Both the position numbers and the translations under genes were made by a program. Shown here piece after piece: positions 47,934 through 56,983 of a stretch of DNA of 64,000 nt. This DNA comes from a virus (Duplodnaviria > Caudoviricetes): positions 42,854-106,853 of IMG/VR virus record IMGVR_UViG_3300000439_000009; one strand, written 5' to 3'. Position 1 is the stretch's first letter. Every line of letters starts with the position of its first letter. The notes below the pieces were generated by a model. It made no database searches. It was not told the origin of the DNA and saw only the letters and a list, made by a program, of their open reading frames with translations.

Positions 47934-48883
47934 TATATAATCACTATCCCAGTATTTCTATATTGATCTAGGATCTGGTCCACAATAACATTTCCAGTTC
48001 CAGTAAATGCACCAGAATCAAGTTGGAAATTAATGTCGCCTAGTTGAACTTTATTAAGGTATTTTTGTCTCCACTCAGAGTCTCTAGAAAGATAATCTCC
48101 TGCTAATAAGACTGTACATCTTCTAACATCTTGTGGGACATAAGGCCAACCTTTTTCGCCATAAACTCTATATCTATATCCAGCCTTAAAACTTCCAGAA
48201 TATTCTGAAGTTACATTAAATGAGCTATCATAAGCAATTATATTTTGATAATCTTTATTAATAATACGAATAGCACGATATGTTGGAGTTAACTCTATAT
48301 CAAATCCAAATTTATTTACTATTGGATCCGTAGTATAATCTATCGTTAAAGTGCCATTTTCGTATAGTTGACCTATTTCAAGCATTCTCTCTACAAGCTC
48401 TAAAGCATCTGATCCATTACCAAATATTTCTTGATCTCCCCACCCACGACCAAATGTTTGGCCTGCGTAAGTTTCTATCTGCATACGTGCAATAAACTCT
48501 GCTGCTTGAATCTCTTCTTCTGATTTATAGTTAAGATCAGATGGGCGGGTGCCAAAACCATAATATTCTATTATATCTGCCAATGAAGCATACGGAGTAT
48601 ACACCTCATAAAAATCTTCTTGATAGGTTGCTTGTCCATGGGTTGTATAGCTCCATGTAACCTTTATAACACGATTTAGGGAAGTTACAATACCGTTAAG
48701 GTCTATTGTATACTTCCCTATTTCTGGATCGTTATATGCCAACGTAGATGGCAATAGTACTCTATCTGGGTAGTCTGCATCAACTATAACAACATGGACA
48801 TCGCCATCTGCATTACATAGCTCTTTTTTGTAGTATATCTCAAGTTCTGCTGTTGCTGTGGTACCACGTATTATCTGATGCAT
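47933..48883 (-). CDS. Head-to-tail adaptor with N-terminal Ig-like extension
   Basis: TPYA, AR.QIETY.GQ.F, GW.YVPQDV, TGN..VD.IL..YR. Confidence 0.7.
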   Translation of the reverse strand: MHQIIRGTTATAELEIYYKKELCNADGDVHVVIVDADYPDRVLLPSTLAYNDPEIGKYTIDLNGIVTSLNRVIKVTWSYTTHGQATYQEDFYEVYTPYASLADIIEYYGFGTRPSDLNYKSEEEIQAAEFIARMQIETYAGQTFGRGWGDQEIFGNGSDALELVERMLEIGQLYENGTLTIDYTTDPIVNKFGFDIELTPTYRAIRIINKDYQNIIAYDSSFNVTSEYSGSFKAGYRYRVYGEKGWPYVPQDVRRCTVLLAGDYLSRDSEWRQKYLNKVQLGDINFQLDSGAFTGTGNVIVDQILDQYRNTGIVII

Positions 48884-48896
48884 TTAAGCCCCCTAT

Positions 48897-49283
48897 TTAA
48901 TTATAAAACTCCTGAGCTTCTCTAGGAGTTGCTGGTCTAAAGCCTGGCTCATGGTCAAAAATCTTTGTAGCGTCGTCTTCTGTCATGGCTACAAATGGAT
49001 GTTCCTGAGTAAAGGTATATCCGTAAACAGTATAAGATGGATTAGCCTTATCCATTCTTACTAAAATAGTCTTAGCTTTATCAAGCTTAACTTTCTTTTC
49101 TTTTACTGGTTGTTCAATTTCTACTTTTTCTGTACCATTAAACTTTGCATACATATCGTATGAAATTCCATTATCTTCAAGTTCTAAAAGAATTGATTGC
49201 TTTGTAGCTTTTTCTGGCAATTCTACGCCAAAGGTTTCTGCTACCTTTTTTAATTCTGTAATTTTTAATGTATCAAATGACAT
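48897..49283 (-). CDS. Small protein after the capsid gene (N-terminal HeH/Rho-N-like motif)
   Basis: LKITELKKVAETFGV...KATKQSIL; second ATG (49283) chosen because AGAGGA precedes it. Confidence 0.6.
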   Translation of the reverse strand: MSFDTLKITELKKVAETFGVELPEKATKQSILLELEDNGISYDMYAKFNGTEKVEIEQPVKEKKVKLDKAKTILVRMDKANPSYTVYGYTFTQEHPFVAMTEDDATKIFDHEPGFRPATPREAQEFYN

Positions 49284-49331
49284 ATCTTTTCCTCTCATGT
49301 CGTATCTATTATACCATCTATTATATAAAGT

Positions 49332-49365
49332 ATAAGGGGGAGGATTTTAAGTCCTCCCCGCTTAT
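49332..49365 (-). terminator. Hairpin terminator after the major capsid gene
   Basis: ggggagga...tcctcccc stem with ataag/cttat flanks. Confidence 0.7.
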
Positions 49366-49386
49366 TTGCACCTTTAATAGGTTAGA

Positions 49387-50541
49387 TTAGAATGTACCAC
49401 GTGTATGTGTATCTGCATTAGATACTAGTGAACCGTGTGTTACTGATCCAAGTGAACCGAACTGGGTTCCTGAGACCTTAACATTCTTGACGATAACATG
49501 TGCATCGTAGTTCTCGAAAGCGCAGCCAACACGAATGAATAGTGTATATTCAATTGTGTCTTTCTTTGGCTGGAAGAGACGGTAAACAACAACGTCACGC
49601 TTGATACCAACGATAAAGTTCTGTGGGAATGTCAAGTGGACATCACCAAAGAGACCTGAAGTTGCATCGTAGCCTGAGTCGCCATATGCCTTACCAGTTG
49701 AATCACGAGTTTCATCCATAAGAGGAACGTTGATTACTGGGATACCGAAAGCAAACGGTGTAGTGGTACCAGGACCACCATCGTTAGCAACTACGTCACC
49801 ACGGATTACGCCAGAAGCGATATCCCATGGATTCACAGAACCAGCGTTAGCTGTAAGATTATATAGATAATCCTGAACTAAGTTTGATCCTACGAAGAAA
49901 CGAAGCTGATTGCGACGCTGCTTGTACTTACGTGGCAAGGTCTTAATTGCTGTATTAAAAACAGCTTTGTCAAGTCCCTGTGCGTTACCATCAACAACGT
50001 GTGCGTTTGCTAGAGCGTTAGCTCTGAATCCGACAAATGCTGACATAAGTCCGCTGCCTGATCCAGTACCGTTGATAAGAGTATCTTCGATGTCGTTACC
50101 TGCCTGTGTTGCCATCAAGCGGGCGATATGATCTTCGAGATCTGGTCCCTCAAGATTGTCTTCAAGAGCCTCTGCTGAGAGCTCCCAATCAAGACGAAGC
50201 TTGCGAGTTGTTAGAGAAATCTTAGAAAATGTTGCACCTGCTGTAGTGAACTGATCTCCTGCTGCGTTAACGTAGTCACGAGGGTTCTCTTCTGCTGCAA
50301 CTGTCATCAGTCTCTGTCCTACAGAAACACGATCAATCTCAGTTGTGTTTGAACGCATGCGAATTGTACGGGCCGCCTTAGCGAGAATCGTAGCATCCCA
50401 CATGTAATCTAGGAATCTGTTAGCCTGATCTGGGTATAGAAGACCTGTACCTGAATGGGTACGTCCGTCACCTGATAGATCAGAACCTGAAGTTCCAAGG
50501 TTTGTTGTGTCAATTACTTTTTGTAAAAGTTCATTGCTCAT
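49387..50541 (-). CDS. Major capsid protein (HK97 fold)
   Basis: GLL.PDQANRF.D, KLRLDWELS.EALEDN.EG, GNDIED..INGTG, LPRKY; high-expression codon bias; follows protease/scaffold. Confidence 0.93.
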   Translation of the reverse strand: MSNELLQKVIDTTNLGTSGSDLSGDGRTHSGTGLLYPDQANRFLDYMWDATILAKAARTIRMRSNTTEIDRVSVGQRLMTVAAEENPRDYVNAAGDQFTTAGATFSKISLTTRKLRLDWELSAEALEDNLEGPDLEDHIARLMATQAGNDIEDTLINGTGSGSGLMSAFVGFRANALANAHVVDGNAQGLDKAVFNTAIKTLPRKYKQRRNQLRFFVGSNLVQDYLYNLTANAGSVNPWDIASGVIRGDVVANDGGPGTTTPFAFGIPVINVPLMDETRDSTGKAYGDSGYDATSGLFGDVHLTFPQNFIVGIKRDVVVYRLFQPKKDTIEYTLFIRVGCAFENYDAHVIVKNVKVSGTQFGSLGSVTHGSLVSNADTHTRGTF

Positions 50542-50574
50542 TTTTTATTTCACCACCTTTGTATTTGTTGATTT

Positions 50575-51177
50575 TTATAGATTTGCGGAACCGAGGAAGG
50601 ATCCTTGCCAATCGAACTCCATATTTTTCTGGAGTCTAGTACCCCTTGGCGAGTTTTCTACTTCACCAATGGACTTTTGTACTGCAGTATCACTCTCGTA
50701 AGCACCAAAACGCTTTTCTAGCTCTTCAAATCTTTTGAAGAAATCAGAGATATTGTTAGTTAGATCTGTAAGATCTTTTTTCATGCCTTCTACGGCACTC
50801 ATGTATTCGGCACGTGCTGCCTCTACTGTATCTACTGACTTTTGGATTTTTGCTTCTGTGTCTGCAGAATTCTGTTCTACTGCTTCGCTGAAGAGGTTGC
50901 GCATTTCTGTCAACATCTTTGCAAAAGGCTCTGTTGCCTCTGCGCTTGTGACCGACTTCTCTACGGCTTCTTCTGCTGGAGCTTCTGCTGGTGCATCTGC
51001 TGCTACTGGAGTTTCATCTGTAGCTGGTGCATCTGCTGGTGCATCTGCTGCTGGAGCATCTGCTGGAGTTTCGACATCAGCTGCTGAATTTACAATTGCA
51101 TCAATTGCTGATTCTGCTGCTTCTACAATCTGTTCGATTGCATCCGCTACTGCGTCATTATTTGTTTCGTCTGCCAT
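50575..51177 (-). CDS. Nested in-frame scaffolding protein (internal start)
   Basis: GAAGGAGGTAATAAAATG: a full Shine-Dalgarno before the internal Met (MADETNND...), where composition switches to acidic and Ala-rich. Confidence 0.65.
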   Translation of the reverse strand: MADETNNDAVADAIEQIVEAAESAIDAIVNSAADVETPADAPAADAPADAPATDETPVAADAPAEAPAEEAVEKSVTSAEATEPFAKMLTEMRNLFSEAVEQNSADTEAKIQKSVDTVEAARAEYMSAVEGMKKDLTDLTNNISDFFKRFEELEKRFGAYESDTAVQKSIGEVENSPRGTRLQKNMEFDWQGSFLGSANL

Positions 51178-52101
51178 TTTATTACCTCCTTCATTAGCAT
51201 ACTCTGAATCATTTACTGAATCAGACTTCTTTAGTGTTGTTTTTTTCTTGAGTTTTCTTCTCAGTCTTTGCTTTGCTTTATTTTGATCTGGATAAAGATT
51301 AATTGTTTCTTTTGAGTTAACTGTTCCAGCATCTCCATCTTGAGTGGTAGCTGAATGATCTGGACCTGGAGCATCATCTTTCTTAAAATAAGAATCAACA
51401 ACTTTGCTAATTGCTAATCCCTTTTCAGTTTCTGAAGATTCTATCCAACCAACATTATCCATTCCTGTACCGCAGATAACGCAATCTTTTGAAGATGCAA
51501 TTGTTGAGGATGCAATCTGATCTTTTTTGCACCAATAAACATTTTCAATTTTAGTATCTGCTGCCATACCTTTCATAAATGAAGAACCATCAACATTTTT
51601 TTGAATAGAAAAAATGCTTGCAAGTGGATTTGCTGGTGAGTCAACTAATGAAAGTTCCATAAGATCATATTCTTTAATAACACGATGATCATTTTTATCT
51701 CCTGGCATTACTCCAGCATCTACAATATTCCCGCCAATTGAAAAACCAGTCATAGTTCCATCAAGAACTTTTTCCCAAGTGTCCTGTGCTCCCTTAGAAA
51801 CATAAGCCTGCACATAAATACCTTTATAAGTTTTTCCAGATTCTTTATCAAGATAATCTTCTGGATGAAATGATAAAACTTTACCTACAGCAATTGGGGC
51901 ATGCATTTCACGGAGGTTTCCTCTAAAACGTGCAAATGCTTTTTCTGATGCTTCTGCTGTTACAATGTCGCCATGACGGTCAATATTATCTAATGTTGCA
52001 AACCCAGAGACAGTCCTTTTTTCCTTATCTACCTTGGTGATAGGGAAGGACATATTGACTGTAGATTGGCTATTATTCCATTGTACTTTTTGAATGTTCA
52101 T
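50575..52101 (-). CDS. Prohead protease fused to scaffolding domain
   Basis: RTVSGFAT..NID..GD, LREMH...VGK, GFSIGG, ELSLVDSPANP; acidic, coiled C-terminal half. Confidence 0.9.
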   Translation of the reverse strand: MNIQKVQWNNSQSTVNMSFPITKVDKEKRTVSGFATLDNIDRHGDIVTAEASEKAFARFRGNLREMHAPIAVGKVLSFHPEDYLDKESGKTYKGIYVQAYVSKGAQDTWEKVLDGTMTGFSIGGNIVDAGVMPGDKNDHRVIKEYDLMELSLVDSPANPLASIFSIQKNVDGSSFMKGMAADTKIENVYWCKKDQIASSTIASSKDCVICGTGMDNVGWIESSETEKGLAISKVVDSYFKKDDAPGPDHSATTQDGDAGTVNSKETINLYPDQNKAKQRLRRKLKKKTTLKKSDSVNDSEYANEGGNKMADETNNDAVADAIEQIVEAAESAIDAIVNSAADVETPADAPAADAPADAPATDETPVAADAPAEAPAEEAVEKSVTSAEATEPFAKMLTEMRNLFSEAVEQNSADTEAKIQKSVDTVEAARAEYMSAVEGMKKDLTDLTNNISDFFKRFEELEKRFGAYESDTAVQKSIGEVENSPRGTRLQKNMEFDWQGSFLGSANL

Positions 52102-52154
52102 TCTAAGTTAAATAATATCAGTGTGTAGTATAAAGGCAAAATAATTCTAGTGTA

Positions 52155-53735
52155 TTATTTTACTTTTCTGCCTTCGCCTTTTCTGGCTCTACCGCTGACC
52201 GCCTCTTCTGGGGCTGCATTTCTGGTTTTATCTCTTGCTCTTGAATCCATAGTTTGAGCTTGGATTTCTGCAGCTTTGGCTGCTGGATCAAATACTTCAT
52301 CGCCAGAATCAATTGGATTCATACCCAATCTCATTCTAACTTCATTTGGCTTTAATACCTGAGTTGTAAGGTAGATTTGATCAATTTGAGCTTGTGCCAA
52401 TTCATCAGTAAGAGTAAGTTCTTCAAACTTAAATTTAAACATATCAGTAAATTCTTTAATAATTTTATTAATTTGAATTTCTAATGCATCCTGTGCTGGT
52501 CTTGTGACCTGCTCTTTAAATATCTTATCATCTAATGGGCTTGGTGTCCCGTTACCGATTTTAGATAATGGGGTTCTATGAGCAATAAGAATACGATCTC
52601 TATTTTCTATAGCATAGTTGCTAAAGGATGAATCTTGTATCCCCGCCTCAATTGGCTCCATATTAAACTCTACACGGGCCGAGTCATTATCTGCTGGAAG
52701 AGGAATATAAAGAGTTCTGTGATTTCTGCCTTTAAGACCTATTTGGAAAAATTCTAAAAGCTTTCTTTCAGAATCAGCATTTAAACGAGCACCCTTGGTT
52801 GTAATAATATAACGGGGCACAGCTTTATTCTCAAAATAATCTAAATTATAACGGGAAGCAAACTCATCACCAGCAACTGCATTCTTAGCAGACAAAATAT
52901 CTGGAACGCCATAATAGGTATTTGTTGGTGTGTATTTCTTAAAATGAATAACTTCGTTAGGACGTGGATCTGTGCCTATTTGGTCCTGTGTGGTCGTGTC
53001 GCCAAAGTTTCTGAAATAGGTATAGCGGTTGTATACTACCTGCACAAAACCGTCTCTATGCCGTCTTATACGCATTGTAATGGCAGGGATATGGCCTATG
53101 TAACCAATCTCTCCAGCAGATGTTCTACCTACTTCAAGATAGCCATTTCCAGTTGTTTCTAGGTCTTTGTAAACCTTACGCAAGACCTCTTCAAATGAAT
53201 CATCTGAGTTTAAGCTTTCAACTTTTTCTCTCATCATTACTCTAGCACGAGAAATTTTTCTTCTAACTTTTTCTAAAACTGGTTCATTTTCTGAAGCATC
53301 TTCTAGCTTGTCTAAAACTTTTTGAGTTTCTACAAATTTATATCCAAGGCCAACTGTATTTGCAACCTTAGCATCAATTGCTGCGTGGTGATAAGGGGAA
53401 ACATCATAAAGCTGAGCAAGGTACATAACATTATAAGGTGGTTGTACAATCTGGAATAATGAATATCCAGTTAAATCTAGTGGATCAAGCTTTTTTGATT
53501 TAGCATCATCTAAACCAGTATAAGCTTTATTTAATTTACGAGAAGCATTTCGTCTAAAGTTTGGGTTAAGGTTTTCAATTTTTAAAAGGTCTTCAGCCTT
53601 TGCCAAAAATGGGTCATCAAAATCTGTCTCCTGCAATTCACGTGGAGAAGTGCCTAAAGCTGCTCCTTCAATTTCAAGAGAATAACCTTTAGCAAAATCA
53701 TCGTTATCATCTACTACTGTAGCTCTGTGTTCCAT
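52155..53735 (-). CDS. Portal protein
   Basis: SPYHHAAI..K, D....GNGYLEV.R, NEVIHFK..P...YYGVP, YFEN.AVP, PNEVR..LG..P..GD. Confidence 0.92.
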   Translation of the reverse strand: MEHRATVVDDNDDFAKGYSLEIEGAALGTSPRELQETDFDDPFLAKAEDLLKIENLNPNFRRNASRKLNKAYTGLDDAKSKKLDPLDLTGYSLFQIVQPPYNVMYLAQLYDVSPYHHAAIDAKVANTVGLGYKFVETQKVLDKLEDASENEPVLEKVRRKISRARVMMREKVESLNSDDSFEEVLRKVYKDLETTGNGYLEVGRTSAGEIGYIGHIPAITMRIRRHRDGFVQVVYNRYTYFRNFGDTTTQDQIGTDPRPNEVIHFKKYTPTNTYYGVPDILSAKNAVAGDEFASRYNLDYFENKAVPRYIITTKGARLNADSERKLLEFFQIGLKGRNHRTLYIPLPADNDSARVEFNMEPIEAGIQDSSFSNYAIENRDRILIAHRTPLSKIGNGTPSPLDDKIFKEQVTRPAQDALEIQINKIIKEFTDMFKFKFEELTLTDELAQAQIDQIYLTTQVLKPNEVRMRLGMNPIDSGDEVFDPAAKAAEIQAQTMDSRARDKTRNAAPEEAVSGRARKGEGRKVK

Positions 53736-54065
53736 TTAAATAATCCCCATTTTTTTCTTTTGCTCTAAATCTTCTTTTAGAGCTGGGATGTCCCATTCGT
53801 CTGCAACTAATCCCCAGTCCATTCTTTGCTTTTGATTATCATACTCTTCGGCAGAAACTGGGCGGTGTCCAGAAAACCATACTGGCTCTCCATCTTCAAC
53901 GCCATAAGACTTGGCAAAATTTCTAAGTTCTGTAATCTTTTTTACATCACCTTTAATTGCATAAATACACATAAAATTACCATCTTCATCAGATACTAAT
54001 TTGCCGTCTGGCATCTGCCAGAGGTAGGTTCCATAATTAACTTCTTCAACAGGTGTAATTTTCAT
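53736..54065 (-). CDS. Conserved phage protein upstream of the portal
   Basis: 109 aa, abuts the portal ATG; TGGTAAAAT upstream. Confidence 0.65.
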   Translation of the reverse strand: MKITPVEEVNYGTYLWQMPDGKLVSDEDGNFMCIYAIKGDVKKITELRNFAKSYGVEDGEPVWFSGHRPVSAEEYDNQKQRMDWGLVADEWDIPALKEDLEQKKKMGII

Positions 54066-54117
54066 ATGAGTCTATTTTACCACTTTCTTTATCTGTAGCG
54101 AATATTGTGTACTGAAA

Positions 54118-54252
54118 TTAACCAATAACGGGAAACATCTGAGTACATCGGTCACAGTAATTATAAGTTTTACCAGTAAATGGACATGAGCCAGCCATTT
54201 TTAAGGTATGACCTTTAATCCCACACATCATTTTTTTTAGTATTAACAGCAT
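54118..54252 (-). CDS. Tiny Cys/His protein (44 aa; not in the ORF track)
   Basis: Hand translation MLLILKKMMCGIKGHTLKMAGSCPFTGKTYNYCDRCTQMFPVIG*; CxxxGH...C...CxxC. Confidence 0.55.
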   Translation of the reverse strand: MLLILKKMMCGIKGHTLKMAGSCPFTGKTYNYCDRCTQMFPVIG

Positions 54253-54424
54253 CTTTTATTCTCTTCCATTTTCCATATAAGTTGGGTTTGGCTGAACCCA
54301 TATATTCTTGACCCGTCTCAAGATCAATCAAAAGCCATTTTTCTGGACATTTTGTATGTATAGTTAAATCAATAGCCTCATCAAATTCCTGGACTTCAAT
54401 TCCAGTTATTAGTTTTCTAACCAT
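54215..54424 (-). CDS. Hypothetical protein
   Basis: 69 aa, TKCPEKWLLIDLETGQEY. Confidence 0.6.
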   Translation of the reverse strand: MVRKLITGIEVQEFDEAIDLTIHTKCPEKWLLIDLETGQEYMGSAKPNLYGKWKRIKDAVNTKKNDVWD

Positions 54425-54427
54425 TTA

Positions 54428-55114
54428 TTAAATAAACTTTCCGTTATATATATGACTTATTTCAATATGATTAATATTAACAGTTTTTGGCATAGATGCC
54501 ACCCATCTTATTGCCTCCGCCATATCTTCGGCAGATATCGCATTATCTTTTTTTATTACATCTGTATCTATAGAACCAGGACATATCTCACTTATCTTAA
54601 TTCCATATTCTGGAAATTCCATACGCATTGTATCTATTAGTGCCATCTGACCACGCTTTGCATTTGAATAGTTCCCGCCGCCCCTAAAAGGTATTTTTCC
54701 ACATAAAGATGTAACAAAAATAATTGTTGGTGAATCAGATTTTTTCATGCACGGAACAAATAGTTGAGACAGGTACATGGGGCCTGATACATTTATATCA
54801 TAAGCCATTCTAAAATTTTCCATAGTTTCATTAATAATAAAAGTAGGACTAGCCCCACCCCCAGCATTATTAACTAAAAGATCTAAAGAAATATTTTTAT
54901 ATTTAGTAAAAAATTCTTTTATTTGATTAGAATCTGTTATATCTACTTGATTAATTTCAACATTGTCAGATTCCAACTCTTTCATTGCTTCTAAATTTCT
55001 AGATAATGCAATAACCTTATAGTTATTTTGCTCTAGCAATTTGACAGTAGCTTTTCCTACTCCTCTACTTGCTCCAGTTACTATGGCTGTTTTTTGAATC
55101 AAAGTGTATTCCAC
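54428..55114 (-). CDS. Short-chain dehydrogenase/reductase (YdfG-like)
   Basis: TGASRGVG, LVNNAG, YxxxK (YSNAK), C-terminal AEAIRWVASMP..VNI..IEI. Confidence 0.9.
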   Translation of the reverse strand: MEYTLIQKTAIVTGASRGVGKATVKLLEQNNYKVIALSRNLEAMKELESDNVEINQVDITDSNQIKEFFTKYKNISLDLLVNNAGGGASPTFIINETMENFRMAYDINVSGPMYLSQLFVPCMKKSDSPTIIFVTSLCGKIPFRGGGNYSNAKRGQMALIDTMRMEFPEYGIKISEICPGSIDTDVIKKDNAISAEDMAEAIRWVASMPKTVNINHIEISHIYNGKFI

Positions 55115-55704
55115 TTAAAATACTCACGATATTTTTCAAGAGGAATAACATTTGGATCAACCCACCAGTCTTCATGAATTTCTCTAACAACTAAAGAGTA
55201 TCCAAGAGAATCTAATATTTCTCTCTGCATATCTCGAATTGACGTATTTTTCCAATACATATTAGCATCATGCTCAAATGTTATAATAGAAAATCTATAC
55301 TTATTTAAAGGCACAGCAATCAATCCATGCAATGTAGTATACGCACTTCCTACTGGCCTACCGTTTTGATCATAGCCAGCATCAATATCTAATTGAAGGT
55401 AATCTATCTGATTAGGAAAATTATTTTCTTCAAAATATTTAATATAATCAAATTTTGTTGCATCGCCTAGTATGCAAGGGTTTTTTCTATTTTCAGAAAC
55501 TTCTTTATGAAGTTCTGGTACTATCTCAAAAGATACGCCTTTCCAGTCAAATTCATTTTCAAGCCTATAAGTATTACTTCCATTTTTTGAATGCGCAGCA
55601 CCCAATTCAACAAAATAACCTTCTTTTTTATTATTTAATATATTTAATACAAATTCTTCTTGACTGCTTGTTGGCTGATACCCACTAACCATTCTATCCT
55701 CCAA
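55099..55704 (-). CDS. FkbM-family (Methyltransf_21-like) methyltransferase
   Basis: GYFVELGA.....SNT..LE...W.G...E, IDYLQLDID, ITFEH, L...GY, EDWWV. Confidence 0.75.
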   Translation of the reverse strand: MEDRMVSGYQPTSSQEEFVLNILNNKKEGYFVELGAAHSKNGSNTYRLENEFDWKGVSFEIVPELHKEVSENRKNPCILGDATKFDYIKYFEENNFPNQIDYLQLDIDAGYDQNGRPVGSAYTTLHGLIAVPLNKYRFSIITFEHDANMYWKNTSIRDMQREILDSLGYSLVVREIHEDWWVDPNVIPLEKYREYFKWNTL

Positions 55705-56263
55705 ATATCTCAGGGTTTAATTTTACTTTTGTACCATCTTTTTCTCTTATAAAAGAAGTTGAAAAGTATCTTATGCTATCACTTTGTACTGGTGTTGTTC
55801 CGTGTAATATGTCCCCAGCATGAATTATTAAAGATTTTGCTTTGGGCTTTAACTTTATATTTAAATCTGGATATTCAATTTCTCCCCCAAGATAATTATC
55901 ATTATAATAAAGAACAACTCCGTATGCAGAAGATATATTTCCCATTTTTGTATAATTATCTTTATGTCTACCCATGGCAACATCTTTAGAAAATCTATGA
56001 ATTGCATTTATTTTTGTTATATGATCAAATGATTTAAAAAAGGTGCTGACCCTATCATTAATATTATTAATTACTTCTGGAGGATTTGTATATAAATATA
56101 AAGACTTATCGCTCCAGAATTCAGAAGTGTTGTACTCATCTTTATCAACGTGCCAATCTTCTTCTTTTGATAAATAAGCTATTTCTAATATTTCTTGACA
56201 TTCTTCATCTGTTATGAAATTTTCTATTTCATATATATTATCATATATTTTATTAATTATCAT
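55694..56263 (-). CDS. 2OG-Fe(II) oxygenase, P4H-like (#8)
   Basis: HKD; VLYYNDNYLGGEI.YP; HG...V...IRY. Confidence 0.88.
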   Translation of the reverse strand: MIINKIYDNIYEIENFITDEECQEILEIAYLSKEEDWHVDKDEYNTSEFWSDKSLYLYTNPPEVINNINDRVSTFFKSFDHITKINAIHRFSKDVAMGRHKDNYTKMGNISSAYGVVLYYNDNYLGGEIEYPDLNIKLKPKAKSLIIHAGDILHGTTPVQSDSIRYFSTSFIREKDGTKVKLNPEIFGG

Positions 56264-56266
56264 ATA

Positions 56267-56983
56267 CTATTCCGACAGCATTGAGCTCTGAGGTGCTTTA
56301 TTAAACTCCATATCATTATGTATCCAATGTCCTGGAACCATATATTTAAAACCAAATTTAACAGTATGAGCAGTGTGAAAATATGGAGCAGAAGCTGGAA
56401 AAATAATAATACTATTTGCTTTTGGTTTAATTCCTACATCAAAAGCATTCTTATCCTTTGCTTCTTCAAAATCCATTGGTGTAGAAGGTTTTTGATTAAC
56501 TCCATCATAATCTACAATACTGAAAGAAATTTCCCCGCCTTCGCAATCATCATTTAGATACATAACTAAAGAATACCTTAATGTTTGATCTCCATCTAAT
56601 TGATCAAAATGCGATCCCATTGAAGTTCCTGAATAATATTTTTTTATATTAAAAGTAGGGAATAGGCGTGGTTCATCATAATCACCTAAAGATTCAGCAT
56701 AATCTTTAGATACATTATAAAGTGCATCTATTACAGAATTATATACATATGACATTTTTTCTTTTAAAGGATCTTGCAATTGATTAATTCTATTTAAATC
56801 AAATGATTTTGTTTCTCCATAAATAAAATCTTTGTCATTTGAAGATGTCCATGGGTACCATAAATTATCTTCATTTGAAGAAGAAATGTCATCTAACTCT
56901 TTCAATGTATTAATAAAATTATCAAAATTTGGCATTACATTTTCATAATAATAAATCTTTTCATCCAATACTTTTTTATCCAT
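56267..56983 (-). CDS. 2OG-Fe(II) oxygenase, P4H-like (#7)
   Basis: HFD; VMYLNDDCEGGEI; IIFP....HTA..V..G.KY. Confidence 0.88.
   Translation of the reverse strand: MDKKVLDEKIYYYENVMPNFDNFINTLKELDDISSSNEDNLWYPWTSSNDKDFIYGETKSFDLNRINQLQDPLKEKMSYVYNSVIDALYNVSKDYAESLGDYDEPRLFPTFNIKKYYSGTSMGSHFDQLDGDQTLRYSLVMYLNDDCEGGEISFSIVDYDGVNQKPSTPMDFEEAKDKNAFDVGIKPKANSIIIFPASAPYFHTAHTVKFGFKYMVPGHWIHNDMEFNKAPQSSMLSE

Noticed and set aside
50735-51286. 183-aa plus-strand ORF (and similar ones at 5997-6788)
   Set aside because: Antisense to Ala-rich genes with biased codons; no RBS, and the whole window is transcribed from the minus strand.
54066-54214. Possible tRNA or ncRNA in an apparent intergenic gap
   Set aside because: No cloverleaf is visible, and the gap is mostly filled by a 44-aa Cys/His ORF and a promoter.
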